A stretch of 26,928 nucleotides of DNA from a virus (taxonomy: Duplodnaviria; Caudoviricetes). Every line of letters begins with the position of its first letter. Position 1 is the stretch's first letter. Below, piece after piece: positions 1-9,437 of the stretch. A model generated the notes under the pieces. It worked only from the letters and a program-made list of their open reading frames with translations, did no database searches and was not told where the DNA came from. The position numbers were made by a program, and so were the translations under genes. Location: positions 1 to 26,928 of IMG/VR virus record IMGVR_UViG_3300028594_000013; one strand, written 5' to 3'.

Positions 1-44
1 GTGTTGCCAAGAAATCATAGTAATCACTTATTAACTATACTTAT

Positions 45-53
45 ATTATAGCA
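45..53 (-). promoter_or_regulatory. Putative extended -10 promoter (TG-C-TATAAT) just downstream of the endolysin stop
   Basis: Minus strand reads TAA-CCTA-TGCTATAAT, a perfect TGnTATAAT with no consensus -35. It points out of the window. Confidence 0.45.
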
Positions 54-57
54 TAGG

Positions 58-1497
58 TTAGCTAATAGTTCCCCATAATGAACCTACTGAATGGTTAGGA
101 GGAGCTACTCCGTTCCATGTACGTATCGGTAAATAGTAACGTTTACCTTTCCAATCATAACCAATCCATACATGACCATCTTGTAGCATAACCTCATCAT
201 AAGGAGTATATCCACCAGGTTGGAAGTCATAAGCGTAAGGGCAACTTCTAAATGGTCCAACAGTTCTAGCAACTATTGATTGATTACCATTTGTAAATGT
301 TGCTGATTCACTCATGTAATAAGTTCCATAACTATTTTTCTTCCATGCGCCAGCTACAGTTGATTTTGTATTACTTGATGCACTTGTTCCCTTAACTACT
401 GTTGCAGTAGGAACTTTACCGTCCATATAAGCTCGTATTTGTTTAATAAAGTAATCTTTTAATTTCAATCTCTGTGCTTGACTAGGACGTCCATAAGTTA
501 TGGGATCTACACCAGCATGTAATTTATAACTCCTATGTGGACAAGATGTAGAAACGTGCTCATCATGTAATTTGATTGTATTTCTGTTTGCTTTCAATCC
601 CCATTTTTGAAGTTTCTCTGCTATAAATTGAAATACTGTTTGCTCGTTTTCAAGAAATTCTTTATCACTTGCGCTCATAGACTGACACACTTCAATACCA
701 TAAGCTTCGTGGTTACCTGTTCCTTTATGAGTGCCGTCACCTGTGTGCCAAGCTACTCTATCTTCCGATATACCTTCCCAAACATAACCTTTGCTTGCAT
801 AAGCATGTGCTATACCGTTAGCAAATCTATTATAGCCAGCGTTAGCTAAAAAGTTTTGATATTGTTTACCACTAGAACTACCTGCATCGTTATGGATTAC
901 TACATATTTAGGTTTATAGCCTCTTTTATCCATTGTGTAATTAATACGTTGAGTTGATACAGTTATAGTTTCTTTTTTCTTCTTAGCAGTCGTTTTCTTT
1001 TTAGCAGTTGGTGTCGTTGCTGATTGATTTGATTTCTTAGCATTATTTTCAGATTTGAATTTGGGACGAATGAAAATTTGAGGGAAATCGTAGTTGTGAA
1101 TAATTCGTTGGGCAACCTCAGTCTTAGCTAGACCTCCGCCATACCAATTTTGATCTAGACTAACAAATTTCATATAATTACCATCTTGGTTACCATTAGT
1201 CACAATAGCAACATGACCATATCCTCCACCATAATTTCTATTGAAAACAACAACATCTCCAGCTTGGGCTTTGAATTCTGGGGTGTTATTATAAACATCA
1301 GCTTCACCTTTAAAATTGTTAACGTTAGGAATATCAGCTGCGCCTGCACCTTTGAGACCGTGTCCAAATAGTTTGTACCAATAAAAATTAACTAAATCAA
1401 AGCATTGCCAACCATAAGCATTATCAAAATCCCACCCCTTACCTTCTAACGAATTGATATATGTTATAGCTTCTTTTTCAGTTAGATTTGCTGTCAT
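58..1497 (-). CDS. Endolysin (CHAP + Amidase_2 + SH3b)
   Basis: CHAP motifs ([25 protein letters not shown]), amidase motifs (VVIHND, AWHTG, GIEVCQS, TSCP) and a C-terminal SH3b ([22 protein letters not shown]). Start placed at MTANLT by analogy to phi11-type lysins; the ORF extends to 1506. Confidence 0.95.
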   Translation of the reverse strand: MTANLTEKEAITYINSLEGKGWDFDNAYGWQCFDLVNFYWYKLFGHGLKGAGAADIPNVNNFKGEADVYNNTPEFKAQAGDVVVFNRNYGGGYGHVAIVTNGNQDGNYMKFVSLDQNWYGGGLAKTEVAQRIIHNYDFPQIFIRPKFKSENNAKKSNQSATTPTAKKKTTAKKKKETITVSTQRINYTMDKRGYKPKYVVIHNDAGSSSGKQYQNFLANAGYNRFANGIAHAYASKGYVWEGISEDRVAWHTGDGTHKGTGNHEAYGIEVCQSMSASDKEFLENEQTVFQFIAEKLQKWGLKANRNTIKLHDEHVSTSCPHRSYKLHAGVDPITYGRPSQAQRLKLKDYFIKQIRAYMDGKVPTATVVKGTSASSNTKSTVAGAWKKNSYGTYYMSESATFTNGNQSIVARTVGPFRSCPYAYDFQPGGYTPYDEVMLQDGHVWIGYDWKGKRYYLPIRTWNGVAPPNHSVGSLWGTIS

Positions 1498-1981
1498 CTT
1501 CATCACTCACTTTCAATACTTCATCATCGTGGTATCTGCTTGCGCCTAGTGGTAATTCTTCATCGTATTCATAATCTGCAACATCAAAAGTTACTTCGTC
1601 ATTATCATCAGTGAATGGTTGAGATGTGTCATATTCTTGTGGTTTCATAATTCCAATCTGTTGTTTAATATCTTCATCTTCTTCCACATCGTGCTTATTG
1701 TTTTGGTATTCAACCGGCCATTCATTTTCATCACGTGGTTTTGAATAAGTTTTTGCAATACCACTGTCTTTCATCCCTTTAGTAGTAGGGTCGTTTATTA
1801 CTCCGAATGTGACTAATAAGGCTAATAATCCATTAATACCATTACTAAATTGTTCTAACTGTCCTGTGTAATCTATTCCAATTGCTTGTGTTACATTGTT
1901 AATAAAAAGGACTACCGCCGAAACGATAGCTACCCAAAATGATTTCTTTTTGAAACGTATTTTCCAGTTAATATTCTTCAT
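1478..1981 (-). CDS. Phage holin (phiLC3 family) with long acidic C-terminal tail
   Basis: [13 protein letters not shown]...[10 protein letters not shown] signature, two hydrophobic segments, GGAGG RBS, overlaps the lysin start. Confidence 0.92.
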   Translation of the reverse strand: MKNINWKIRFKKKSFWVAIVSAVVLFINNVTQAIGIDYTGQLEQFSNGINGLLALLVTFGVINDPTTKGMKDSGIAKTYSKPRDENEWPVEYQNNKHDVEEDEDIKQQIGIMKPQEYDTSQPFTDDNDEVTFDVADYEYDEELPLGASRYHDDEVLKVSDEDDSKSN

Positions 1982-1999
1982 CTAAAAACCTCCATTTAT

Positions 2000-2030
2000 A
2001 ATAAAAACAGGACGCTGAGAAACGCCCTGT
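2000..2030 (-). terminator. Intrinsic terminator-like hairpin directly upstream of the holin RBS
   Basis: Minus strand ACAGGGCG-tttctcag-CGTCCTGT-TTTTATT. Confidence 0.65.
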
Positions 2031-2067
2031 GTTGCATCGAGAAATATATTTACCTGTCGTTGTGCAT

Positions 2068-2096
2068 AATAAAAAGCCGGCACAATGTGCCGACTT
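2068..2096 (-). terminator. Intrinsic terminator after the 25-aa peptide ORF
   Basis: Minus strand AAGTCGGCAC-att-GTGCCGGCTT-TTTATT, a 10-bp GC-rich stem plus U tract. Confidence 0.75.
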
Positions 2097-2106
2097 CTCA
2101 TACTAA

Positions 2107-2184
2107 TTATTTACAATTACCAAACCAGAAACATTCCCAAAAACTAGCACCGAATACTATTGAATTACTAAAAAATTTTAGCAT
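2107..2184 (-). CDS. Small 25-aa hydrophobic Cys/Trp-rich peptide MLKFFSNSIVFGASFWECFWFGNCK (not in ORF track)
   Basis: Manual translation from ATG 2184 to TAA 2107-2109. Strong RBS GAAAGGGGTGA about 5 nt upstream; followed by a terminator. Confidence 0.75.
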   Translation of the reverse strand: MLKFFSNSIVFGASFWECFWFGNCK

Positions 2185-2205
2185 AGATCTCACCCCTTTC
2201 TATAA

Positions 2206-2595
2206 CTACATACCTAGCCACATTTTTATAGAAGTCCATACAAATGTGCCTATAATAGAAAATATGGTTCCAAGTATTAACCATTTAAGTTGATTAAACT
2301 GCTTTTTGCTTTCTTCTTTGTTCTGTTTCTCTGATTCTCTTTCTCTGTTGATAGAGTCCAAAGTATAGTTCATTTTCATATTAGTTAATTCTTGGGTATG
2401 TTGCCCCTTTTCTATTTCTTTTAATGAGTTATGAAGTTTTTCTATAGATTCATTGATTTCTTTTCTATCTTCCTTCATCGTATTTTCAATACTTCTAAAT
2501 CTACTATCGTTATATCTGTCTTTGTCCTCTAAAATACCGACCCGTCGCTCGATATCTTTAGTCCCTTCATCACTCACCGTTTCACCTACTTCCAT
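2206..2595 (-). CDS. Coiled-coil protein with C-terminal transmembrane helix (DUF2951/XhlA-like, lysis-proximal)
   Basis: Coiled-coil N-terminus, C-terminal TM segment (LKWLILGTIFSIIGTFVW), position before the holin. True start may be GTG 2577 (RBS AGGTGA). Confidence 0.75.
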   Translation of the reverse strand: MEVGETVSDEGTKDIERRVGILEDKDRYNDSRFRSIENTMKEDRKEINESIEKLHNSLKEIEKGQHTQELTNMKMNYTLDSINRERESEKQNKEESKKQFNQLKWLILGTIFSIIGTFVWTSIKMWLGM

Positions 2596-2598
2596 CTA

Positions 2599-2628
2599 AA
2601 TAAAAACCACAAGCCTAAACCTGTGGTT
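2599..2628 (-). terminator. Terminator-like hairpin overlapping the end of the XkdX-like gene
   Basis: Minus strand AACCACAGG-tttagg-CTTGTGGTT-TTTATTT. Confidence 0.6.
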
Positions 2629-2758
2629 GTTCTGGATAATCTTCACCAGTAATTTCTTTGTATTCTTCTTTAGTTATCCAATTGCATTTAACACTTTCAA
2701 AAATCTTTTGTTTATCAAATAGTTTTAAGTCGTACAAACGTTTAAGAGTCGCGAACAT
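2615..2758 (-). CDS. XkdX-family small phage protein, 47 aa (not in ORF track)
   Basis: Manual translation MFATLKRLYDLKLFDKQKIFESVKCNWITKEEYKEITGEDYPEQPQV. The WITKEEYKEITGEDY motif is characteristic of XkdX; GGAGG RBS. Confidence 0.85.
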   Translation of the reverse strand: MFATLKRLYDLKLFDKQKIFESVKCNWITKEEYKEITGEDYPEQPQV

Positions 2759-3098
2759 CAGTCATACCTCCTTGTACTTTTAATAACTCTGCTGTTAAAT
2801 TTGCAATATCTTGCTGTAAATCTTCAATTTTAGAATTGTGTTCTAAATCATTAGCTAAAAGTTGAGCATTTAAAAAATCATGTGAACTAGGAATATCAGG
2901 TTCTTTTTCAGGTAATGTATCTAACCATTCCTCACGAGTAGCACCAATCCACTCATTACCATTAAAATAAAAAGGACTGTAAATACCATCTGGTGGTGGC
3001 GTTTCAGTCCATGCTTCTTCTGGATATTGATATTCTCCTTCTTCATCTTTAAATGCTAGATAAGGTGTTCCATCATATAAATACACTTGTTTAAACAT
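2742..3098 (-). CDS. Hypothetical tail-associated protein (possible RBP chaperone)
   Basis: ORF between BppU and XkdX with WTETPPPDGIYSPFYFNGNEW motif and C-terminal coil. Start moved to ATG 3098 for AGGAGG spacing; the track starts at 3161. Confidence 0.7.
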   Translation of the reverse strand: MFKQVYLYDGTPYLAFKDEEGEYQYPEEAWTETPPPDGIYSPFYFNGNEWIGATREEWLDTLPEKEPDIPSSHDFLNAQLLANDLEHNSKIEDLQQDIANLTAELLKVQGGMTDVRDS

Positions 3099-3112
3099 TG
3101 ATTCCATCCCTC

Positions 3113-4618
3113 CTAATCGTGCCATGTGAATTCTCCATATATATAATCTGTGTCTACCCAATCAGCAGTATTATAGTAGTAATTAAATTTCAATTCTCCA
3201 GTAGGTGTAATATCCACAATTCCAGTAGTTTTATTTCTTGGTGTTGCAACTACAAATTTTTGATAATTCTTTGCAAACTGACTAGGTAATTCTGCGAACA
3301 CGACCCCGTTTGTTAAATTTCTTGCATTAACTCTAAGTTTTCGTGTTATAACGTCACCTTGTTTAATGATTCTATAGGCGCAGTCAAAACCATTATCTGT
3401 ACCATTTTTAAACATTGTATCCTTTTCTACGCCGTTTATAGTGTTGTAAGGAATCCAACCAGTGTCAGTTTGATTATTCGTGAGTTCTTTCCAACCTGTA
3501 TCAGTTCCATTAGTATGAAGTGTTTTTACATAGGTTTTATTGAAACTACTTCTAGTTGCCATTATTAGACGTCTACCATTAGAAGAAACACTTATATCTG
3601 CTTCTATAAAGCCAGTATCAGGTTCTCCATTTTCTTTTAAAGGTCCATTCACTGTTTGAGTTGATTCATATTGCCCCGGAGGCGCTTCGTGTAAGTTTAA
3701 TCCTTGTACATATGTTCTACTTCCATCTTCTTTAGTCAATTGATACTTTTGCCACTCTAACTCCTCTAGTTTCCCGCCTAACATTTCAGGTGATAAAAAA
3801 CCGTTATCTGCTACAGTTTGATTGAACTCTGTAACTTTTTCATCTACATGTTGTGTAGCTTCATCTGCTGTAGAGTTAATACTGTTTACCGCTGTAGATG
3901 CTGTATCTTGAACACTTGTTTTAGCGTTTTTAGCAGTAGTAGTTATATCTTCGGTAGCATCATCTTTAACTTTAGTTAAATCGCTTGTAGCTTGAGTAAT
4001 AAATGATTGAATATCTGTTTTACCATCAGCAACAATCGCATTGAGTGTTTCAATACCTTTTTGTAATACTGATTTCATTTCTGCAACGTAATCTGCACCG
4101 TTAGCGATTGCTTCTTCAATATCTCTTACTCTTTGTTCAATACGCATTTTTAGTTGGTCAAACATACGAATATATTCAATCTTAGTAAATGCTGAAATCT
4201 TATTAATGAGTGCATCTGCTACTTCAAATGTAAACTCTCTGAATACAGCTACTTCATTGTATTTAGGATTTCCATCTACATTATTAACTCCAATGTAAAC
4301 TTGACCTTTAACACTAGTAGAAGTACTAGCTTGTAAAAATTCTTTGTCTAAAGTAATCGTTACTATCCCATTCATAGAATCTTCAATCTCTAACTCTATT
4401 ACATCCGAAGTACTGCCATTACTTGATTCAAAGTAAGCATAAGCTGTAAGGTTGTTTTCGTGAATCAGTAAAGGACCTTTAGTATTGCTTAATTGAAATC
4501 TCAATATTGCTGTATTTTCATCTAAATTATAAAAACCAACCCCTAAATCAGAGATTGGTTTTAAATATGGTTCAGACTTTAATTTAAATAAGGCTTTTTT
4601 ATCTATTCCGTTATCCAC
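3113..4618 (-). CDS. bppU: Baseplate upper protein (BppU/DUF2479 N-terminal) with coiled-coil stalk and C-terminal receptor-binding-like domain
   Basis: N-terminal FYNLDENTAILRF...FREFTFEVADALI, a central Thr/Ala-rich coiled region and DTGW repeats before a beta-rich C-terminal domain. Confidence 0.8.
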   Translation of the reverse strand: MDNGIDKKALFKLKSEPYLKPISDLGVGFYNLDENTAILRFQLSNTKGPLLIHENNLTAYAYFESSNGSTSDVIELEIEDSMNGIVTITLDKEFLQASTSTSVKGQVYIGVNNVDGNPKYNEVAVFREFTFEVADALINKISAFTKIEYIRMFDQLKMRIEQRVRDIEEAIANGADYVAEMKSVLQKGIETLNAIVADGKTDIQSFITQATSDLTKVKDDATEDITTTAKNAKTSVQDTASTAVNSINSTADEATQHVDEKVTEFNQTVADNGFLSPEMLGGKLEELEWQKYQLTKEDGSRTYVQGLNLHEAPPGQYESTQTVNGPLKENGEPDTGFIEADISVSSNGRRLIMATRSSFNKTYVKTLHTNGTDTGWKELTNNQTDTGWIPYNTINGVEKDTMFKNGTDNGFDCAYRIIKQGDVITRKLRVNARNLTNGVVFAELPSQFAKNYQKFVVATPRNKTTGIVDITPTGELKFNYYYNTADWVDTDYIYGEFTWHD

Positions 4619-4629
4619 ATAATCACTCC

Positions 4630-7245
4630 TTATTTTACTAACACGACTGCTACGCCGTATTCTTTTTCGTTGTCGTATGGTGTCGTGATTTCTAACACTC
4701 TATAAAAGCCATTGTTATTATCTTTTGTTCCTACACCTTTATTAGGCTTGATATAGTCATTGACTGATACTGTCGAATCAATACGTGTATAAACTTGACC
4801 CATCAACCCTACAACGTTCCATTCTGGACGGTTAGAACGGTCAATGTATTCATCATCATACTCAACATATTCAGGATTAGGAATTGGAACATCTACTTCT
4901 TCTGAATACCAATTACCTTCATCATCTTGCCACTCTTTTGTTTGTAATTCTGTTTGCGTTACACCAAACTCATCTTTTAAGAACTTATCTTTGTGGTGGA
5001 ACATTTGGTCACCAAGAATAACTCCGGCTGTTCCAGATATAACGCCGATAGGTGTGTCATTTGAGTTAGCTTTACGAATATATCTCCCATCTAAAGTGAC
5101 TATATAACCATTTTTAATTTCTTGACCACTTTGTGATTCAAAGTACTCTGCATAGTCACCAAAATTTTGACCGGATGATACTGTACCTTTGGTTTTAATT
5201 CCACCACTAATTGTAGAAATATCAACCGTAGTGTTTTCATATTTAGCGCCATCAGTACCATAACCTAATAAGAAATGATAGTTACCAGGTGATTTAACAC
5301 CACGACTATTAACGATTGTCTGACAATACGCACCAGGTAATGTTTCAGATTCTAAAGAGTTCATGACTGAACTACGAGAACCGTGAGCATGAGAACCTGC
5401 ACCGACACCAGCTAGCCAAGAACGATCACTATGAGCATATGAACCACCTGTTGATGCTATAACTGATGAACGTTCAGCAACTGCTGCTGCACCAGTAGAA
5501 CCACCACTAAATCCACCTTTAACTGCTGTTGGAACAACTCTATAAGCTTTATTAGTGATATATGCAGCATTATTATAATTCTCTGCATTAACGCCAATGA
5601 CTTCTGCCGTATTATTATAAAGTTCTACACCATTACCTGTTCCTTGACCTTGTAAGCTAGCGTTGATAATACGTAAATCATAAATACCGCCACCACCAGC
5701 AATACCTCTATTTGCTGATGAATTCCAGATATTAACGTTACTAATAGTGATTTTCTTACCTCTGTTTGAGCCACCGAACACTTTAATATCAGCTTGCGAG
5801 TTCTTAAATCCAGTAATATTTATGTTGTTCAGCATGATGTTGTTAGACATAAATTGTACTGCTACAACTGGCATGTTAGCTGTATACGTTCCATCTCCAA
5901 CTGCAGTATAACCGTTAACTTGTACGTTTCTGTAACCACTGATAACTAATGCACGTGGTGTTGTTCCTGGATATACTTTATTGTCATATGGCGTGATAGC
6001 TGAACAGTTATTTAATATGACACTGTGAGCTGTCTTAGAAATAGGGTCTCCTGCTCTGTGGTGGCCAATGTGTCTAATATTATAAGCACGTGAATCTTTA
6101 ATAGACATATGATTAGAAATCATAACGTTATTAGGAGCAGATGAATTACCATGGGCTTTAACTTCCACACCACCATAGTTTTCTTCAGTCATGTTATTAT
6201 CTAACATTACATGTTGGGAACCATCGTCGATTTCAATTCCGTTATTGTTACCGCCGCCTGTTGCGTGGTGGCAATAGTTGTTAGTGATAACTAAATATCT
6301 TGAATGGTGGGTAGTAATACCATCATCGCCAAATCCACTAGCTTCACAGTTATCAATGTGAATATACTTACTTTCTAATTCTTCATTTACGCGTACACCA
6401 TCACCTTCATAAAAGTATGGATCACTCGCATAAGTAACATCGAACCCATGAAGTAAAGCATCTACTGATTTTATGTTGCTTGCAAAACCATGTTTAACGC
6501 CTGCAAACCTAACGTTTGAAGATAATGAACCCCCCATAGGTTTTAATTTCTTATCTTGTCTCCACTTGTTACCGTTAACTGTGAAGTCTTTAATACCGAT
6601 ATTATGAGCTTGCCCCGACATATCTTCATTGGTAATAGCGATGTTTTCAGCAGGTGTTTCATCTGCAAGTCTAACAAAAGTAACGTCTTTACCTTCACCT
6701 GATAATACAGTGTTGTTAGGTAGTTTAACTCCAGTTACTTTATAAGTCCCCGCTGTCATATGAACATGTACGTTTCCACCTCTTGAAGCCTTTTGGAAAG
6801 CTTGTGTAGAATCTTCCTTACCTGTCGGGTCTGCACCGTAATCATTCACATTAACAATACGTTCAATCTTCTTATTAAGATAATCAAAGTTTTCTTCCAT
6901 CTTGTTCTTAATGATTTCAAAATCATACTTTAGACGTTGAGATAGTATAGGATGATTAGTACCATCTAAAGCTGTTCTACTATCTTTAATTTCTTCTACA
7001 CCATCACCATTATGACCTTTAACTAAGCCCTCAATACGTCCATCTTGATACTGTAATTCATCATGAACATTTGAGAGCTTATAATCAATCTGTTTAGCAT
7101 TGTGTGCGTGTTGTTCTTCAGTCCTATGATATTCAAAGTCTTTTTTAACAGCTTTAAAGCTATCTAAGATGTTTTTGAAATTATCGACTGTTTTATATCT
7201 GTATTCTTGCCCTAATTCTATAGGGAAATCTAAATATAATCTCAT
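4630..7245 (-). CDS. Tail appendage / depolymerase: right-handed beta-helix (pectate-lyase-like) with C-terminal Peptidase_G2 autocleaving chaperone
   Basis: VNVNDYGADPTGKEDSTQAFQKA N-cap, Asn/Gly-rich beta-helix rungs (GDDGITTH, NGIEIDDGS), GDYAEYFES followed by PIGVIS and RPEWNVVGLMGQ, as in phi29 gp12-like proteins. Confidence 0.88.
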   Translation of the reverse strand: MRLYLDFPIELGQEYRYKTVDNFKNILDSFKAVKKDFEYHRTEEQHAHNAKQIDYKLSNVHDELQYQDGRIEGLVKGHNGDGVEEIKDSRTALDGTNHPILSQRLKYDFEIIKNKMEENFDYLNKKIERIVNVNDYGADPTGKEDSTQAFQKASRGGNVHVHMTAGTYKVTGVKLPNNTVLSGEGKDVTFVRLADETPAENIAITNEDMSGQAHNIGIKDFTVNGNKWRQDKKLKPMGGSLSSNVRFAGVKHGFASNIKSVDALLHGFDVTYASDPYFYEGDGVRVNEELESKYIHIDNCEASGFGDDGITTHHSRYLVITNNYCHHATGGGNNNGIEIDDGSQHVMLDNNMTEENYGGVEVKAHGNSSAPNNVMISNHMSIKDSRAYNIRHIGHHRAGDPISKTAHSVILNNCSAITPYDNKVYPGTTPRALVISGYRNVQVNGYTAVGDGTYTANMPVVAVQFMSNNIMLNNINITGFKNSQADIKVFGGSNRGKKITISNVNIWNSSANRGIAGGGGIYDLRIINASLQGQGTGNGVELYNNTAEVIGVNAENYNNAAYITNKAYRVVPTAVKGGFSGGSTGAAAVAERSSVIASTGGSYAHSDRSWLAGVGAGSHAHGSRSSVMNSLESETLPGAYCQTIVNSRGVKSPGNYHFLLGYGTDGAKYENTTVDISTISGGIKTKGTVSSGQNFGDYAEYFESQSGQEIKNGYIVTLDGRYIRKANSNDTPIGVISGTAGVILGDQMFHHKDKFLKDEFGVTQTELQTKEWQDDEGNWYSEEVDVPIPNPEYVEYDDEYIDRSNRPEWNVVGLMGQVYTRIDSTVSVNDYIKPNKGVGTKDNNNGFYRVLEITTPYDNEKEYGVAVVLVK

Positions 7246-7264
7246 CTATTTTTGCTCCTTATCT

Positions 7265-7864
7265 CTATACTAGCCAAGTGTATTCACCGTAAGCCCATAA
7301 ATCACTATCATTTCCATATAGATATGCTTTCACACTGTTATCTTTTTCTATTGAGAATTCAATTGGGGTTTTACTTCCTGTACTTCTAAGAACAAATGAA
7401 ACCGTGTCTTTAGTGAACCCTTGTGGGAGTTGAGCAACAACTTGGTTGTGATTAATTTTTCCAATATTTATTCTGATTGACCGTATAGTAAAATAATGTG
7501 GGATTAAAGTATTGCCGACTCTAACCTCTCGTATAGCGCAAGGAGAACCTGTACTTATATAATTTTTTGTATTGTTTGGATGTACTTGGTAATCAATCCA
7601 ACCTGTATCTCCAACCATGTCTCCAATAGCTATATCAAAATAATCTATGATCTCCTTGTTTCTATCAATGACTTTCTTTTGTGCAGCTATCGTTTTATTA
7701 GCACTATCAATCATTGTATTCATTTGGTTAATCTTATCGTTTATATCGGTTAAAGCATTATCTGTACTTTCTTGGTCAATACCTTGTACAGCATCTATAT
7801 GTGTAACTGGATAAAATGTATCTCCATCATTATCCTTTAAATATCTGTGATTAATTTCAGCCAT
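7265..7864 (-). CDS. Minor tail protein, putative receptor-binding protein
   Basis: N-terminal FYPVTHIDAV motif, short coil and a C-terminal domain paralogous to that of BppU (DTGWI...YGEYTW). Confidence 0.7.
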   Translation of the reverse strand: MAEINHRYLKDNDGDTFYPVTHIDAVQGIDQESTDNALTDINDKINQMNTMIDSANKTIAAQKKVIDRNKEIIDYFDIAIGDMVGDTGWIDYQVHPNNTKNYISTGSPCAIREVRVGNTLIPHYFTIRSIRINIGKINHNQVVAQLPQGFTKDTVSFVLRSTGSKTPIEFSIEKDNSVKAYLYGNDSDLWAYGEYTWLV

Positions 7865-9437
7865 CTATTAACGTCACCCCTACAATATCTGAATAATTTT
7901 CAGGCATAGAAAAAGAGGTTCCACCTAATGAACCTCTCTTAATCAGATTATTTACTTGTTTCATTCTTCTAGCTGTCTGTTGTTGTATCTGTATAAAGTC
8001 TGCTTTAGCATTACTAAATTCTACTTCAACTGGTTCATTTAAATATGGGTGTGACCTAGTAACACTTACTACTTTGAGTTCAGTATTAAATCCTAAAGGT
8101 GTATGAATGAATTTCATGGAATTATTATCTTTGATATCCCAATTACCTAAGTAGTTAGTAGATACCTCTACAGTAGGTTCATCCTGTAACTCTGATTTCA
8201 GTTTCTCTAATAGTTCTGCTTTATCTAATGCATTATCATCAAAGACTGTAGGAGCTTCTGCATGACCAAACACTTCATAGTTTGGAGATTTATATTCAGC
8301 ATAAGCATTATATACATCTAAACCTTTAAGTACTGCTGTAAGGTTTAGTACAGTAGATTTCTCAGTACCAACATACATACATGGTTCAGATTTCTTATAA
8401 TCTACACCTGTTTTCTTACCTCTGAATACTGCTTTAAATGTATGATTACCTTTCTTCAAACCTTTAGCTATAATTATCTTTTCACTAGTAGCTGTTTTGC
8501 TATAACACTCATATCTATCTATATGTTCATCATCTAAATAAACATCAAGCACTCCACCTTTAGACATTTTCTTTAACGTCCATTCGAGAGTTTCATTGCC
8601 CCATTTACAGTTAAATGTTTTCGTGTAACTAGCACCAACCTTTTCAGTTCTCCAAGTACCATCTTTGATAAAGGTTCCTGAGTAACTTAAATCTGTAGGT
8701 TTAATTGGGTTATAGTTTTTAGTTTCTGATTTAGTTTTCTTTTTACCATAACCCTGTATATAAGTTTTAAGTTCTGTAGTTGTAACAGTTGCCTGTACTT
8801 CGTCATTATTCAACTTATATATAATAGGTTCCTGAGATAGTTCATAGAAAGTTTGTTCATCATATATACAGATTTTTTTATTATCTGCATAGTAGATATA
8901 GCCAAATAGTTCTGCACCTTCTGTAAGGTACTCCATCCCATTTTTATTACCTAACTCATCTACAGCTACACGATTATTAAACTTACCTTTAATCTCATAT
9001 GTGAATCCTATTTTGTTACCTTTAAAACCGAAATCTAAATATTGTTCTAAGGTCATAGTAGGTTTAGATTCTTCACCTGTTCCGTTTGTATCTTCTTCAC
9101 TGTTTAGTTCTTCATCTTCTATATCCTTTTGAACATAGTGATTTTGGAATTCCATAAATATATGTTTAGCAGTGACTTCTACACTTACCATTGCACCATC
9201 ATATTTAATATCAGTAGATTTAATTACATATTTTTGACCTTGGTATATAACTAGCATTTCATTAACTATTGAATCAAAAATATCTCCTGTTTTATTTGTT
9301 TTATAGGCAGTGAAAGATATTGACCTCTCATCATTCTTAGAATACTCATACTTGAAAGAACCATAATCAAAATCTGTAATGATTTCTGCTAAAGTTCCTT
9401 TTCTATTTGTTAGAATTAATTGATACAATATTTTCAC
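7857..9437 (-). CDS. Tal / baseplate hub (prophage endopeptidase tail family) with inserted beta-sandwich domain
   Basis: Follows Dit; gp27-like N-terminus (GSFKYEY...ISFTAY...EVTAKHIF) and internal GGVLDVYLD...GLKKGNHTFK segment. Confidence 0.85.
   Translation of the reverse strand: MKILYQLILTNRKGTLAEIITDFDYGSFKYEYSKNDERSISFTAYKTNKTGDIFDSIVNEMLVIYQGQKYVIKSTDIKYDGAMVSVEVTAKHIFMEFQNHYVQKDIEDEELNSEEDTNGTGEESKPTMTLEQYLDFGFKGNKIGFTYEIKGKFNNRVAVDELGNKNGMEYLTEGAELFGYIYYADNKKICIYDEQTFYELSQEPIIYKLNNDEVQATVTTTELKTYIQGYGKKKTKSETKNYNPIKPTDLSYSGTFIKDGTWRTEKVGASYTKTFNCKWGNETLEWTLKKMSKGGVLDVYLDDEHIDRYECYSKTATSEKIIIAKGLKKGNHTFKAVFRGKKTGVDYKKSEPCMYVGTEKSTVLNLTAVLKGLDVYNAYAEYKSPNYEVFGHAEAPTVFDDNALDKAELLEKLKSELQDEPTVEVSTNYLGNWDIKDNNSMKFIHTPLGFNTELKVVSVTRSHPYLNEPVEVEFSNAKADFIQIQQQTARRMKQVNNLIKRGSLGGTSFSMPENYSDIVGVTLIDG

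Noticed and set aside
1478-1740. Long acidic holin tail as a novelty
   Set aside because: phi11/80alpha-type holins carry a similar tail ([10 protein letters not shown] motif, from recall).
3113-7300. Diversity-generating retroelement TR/VR pair between the similar 3' ends of the two RBP-like genes
   Set aside because: DNA similarity is low, differences are not adenine-specific, and no reverse transcriptase is present.
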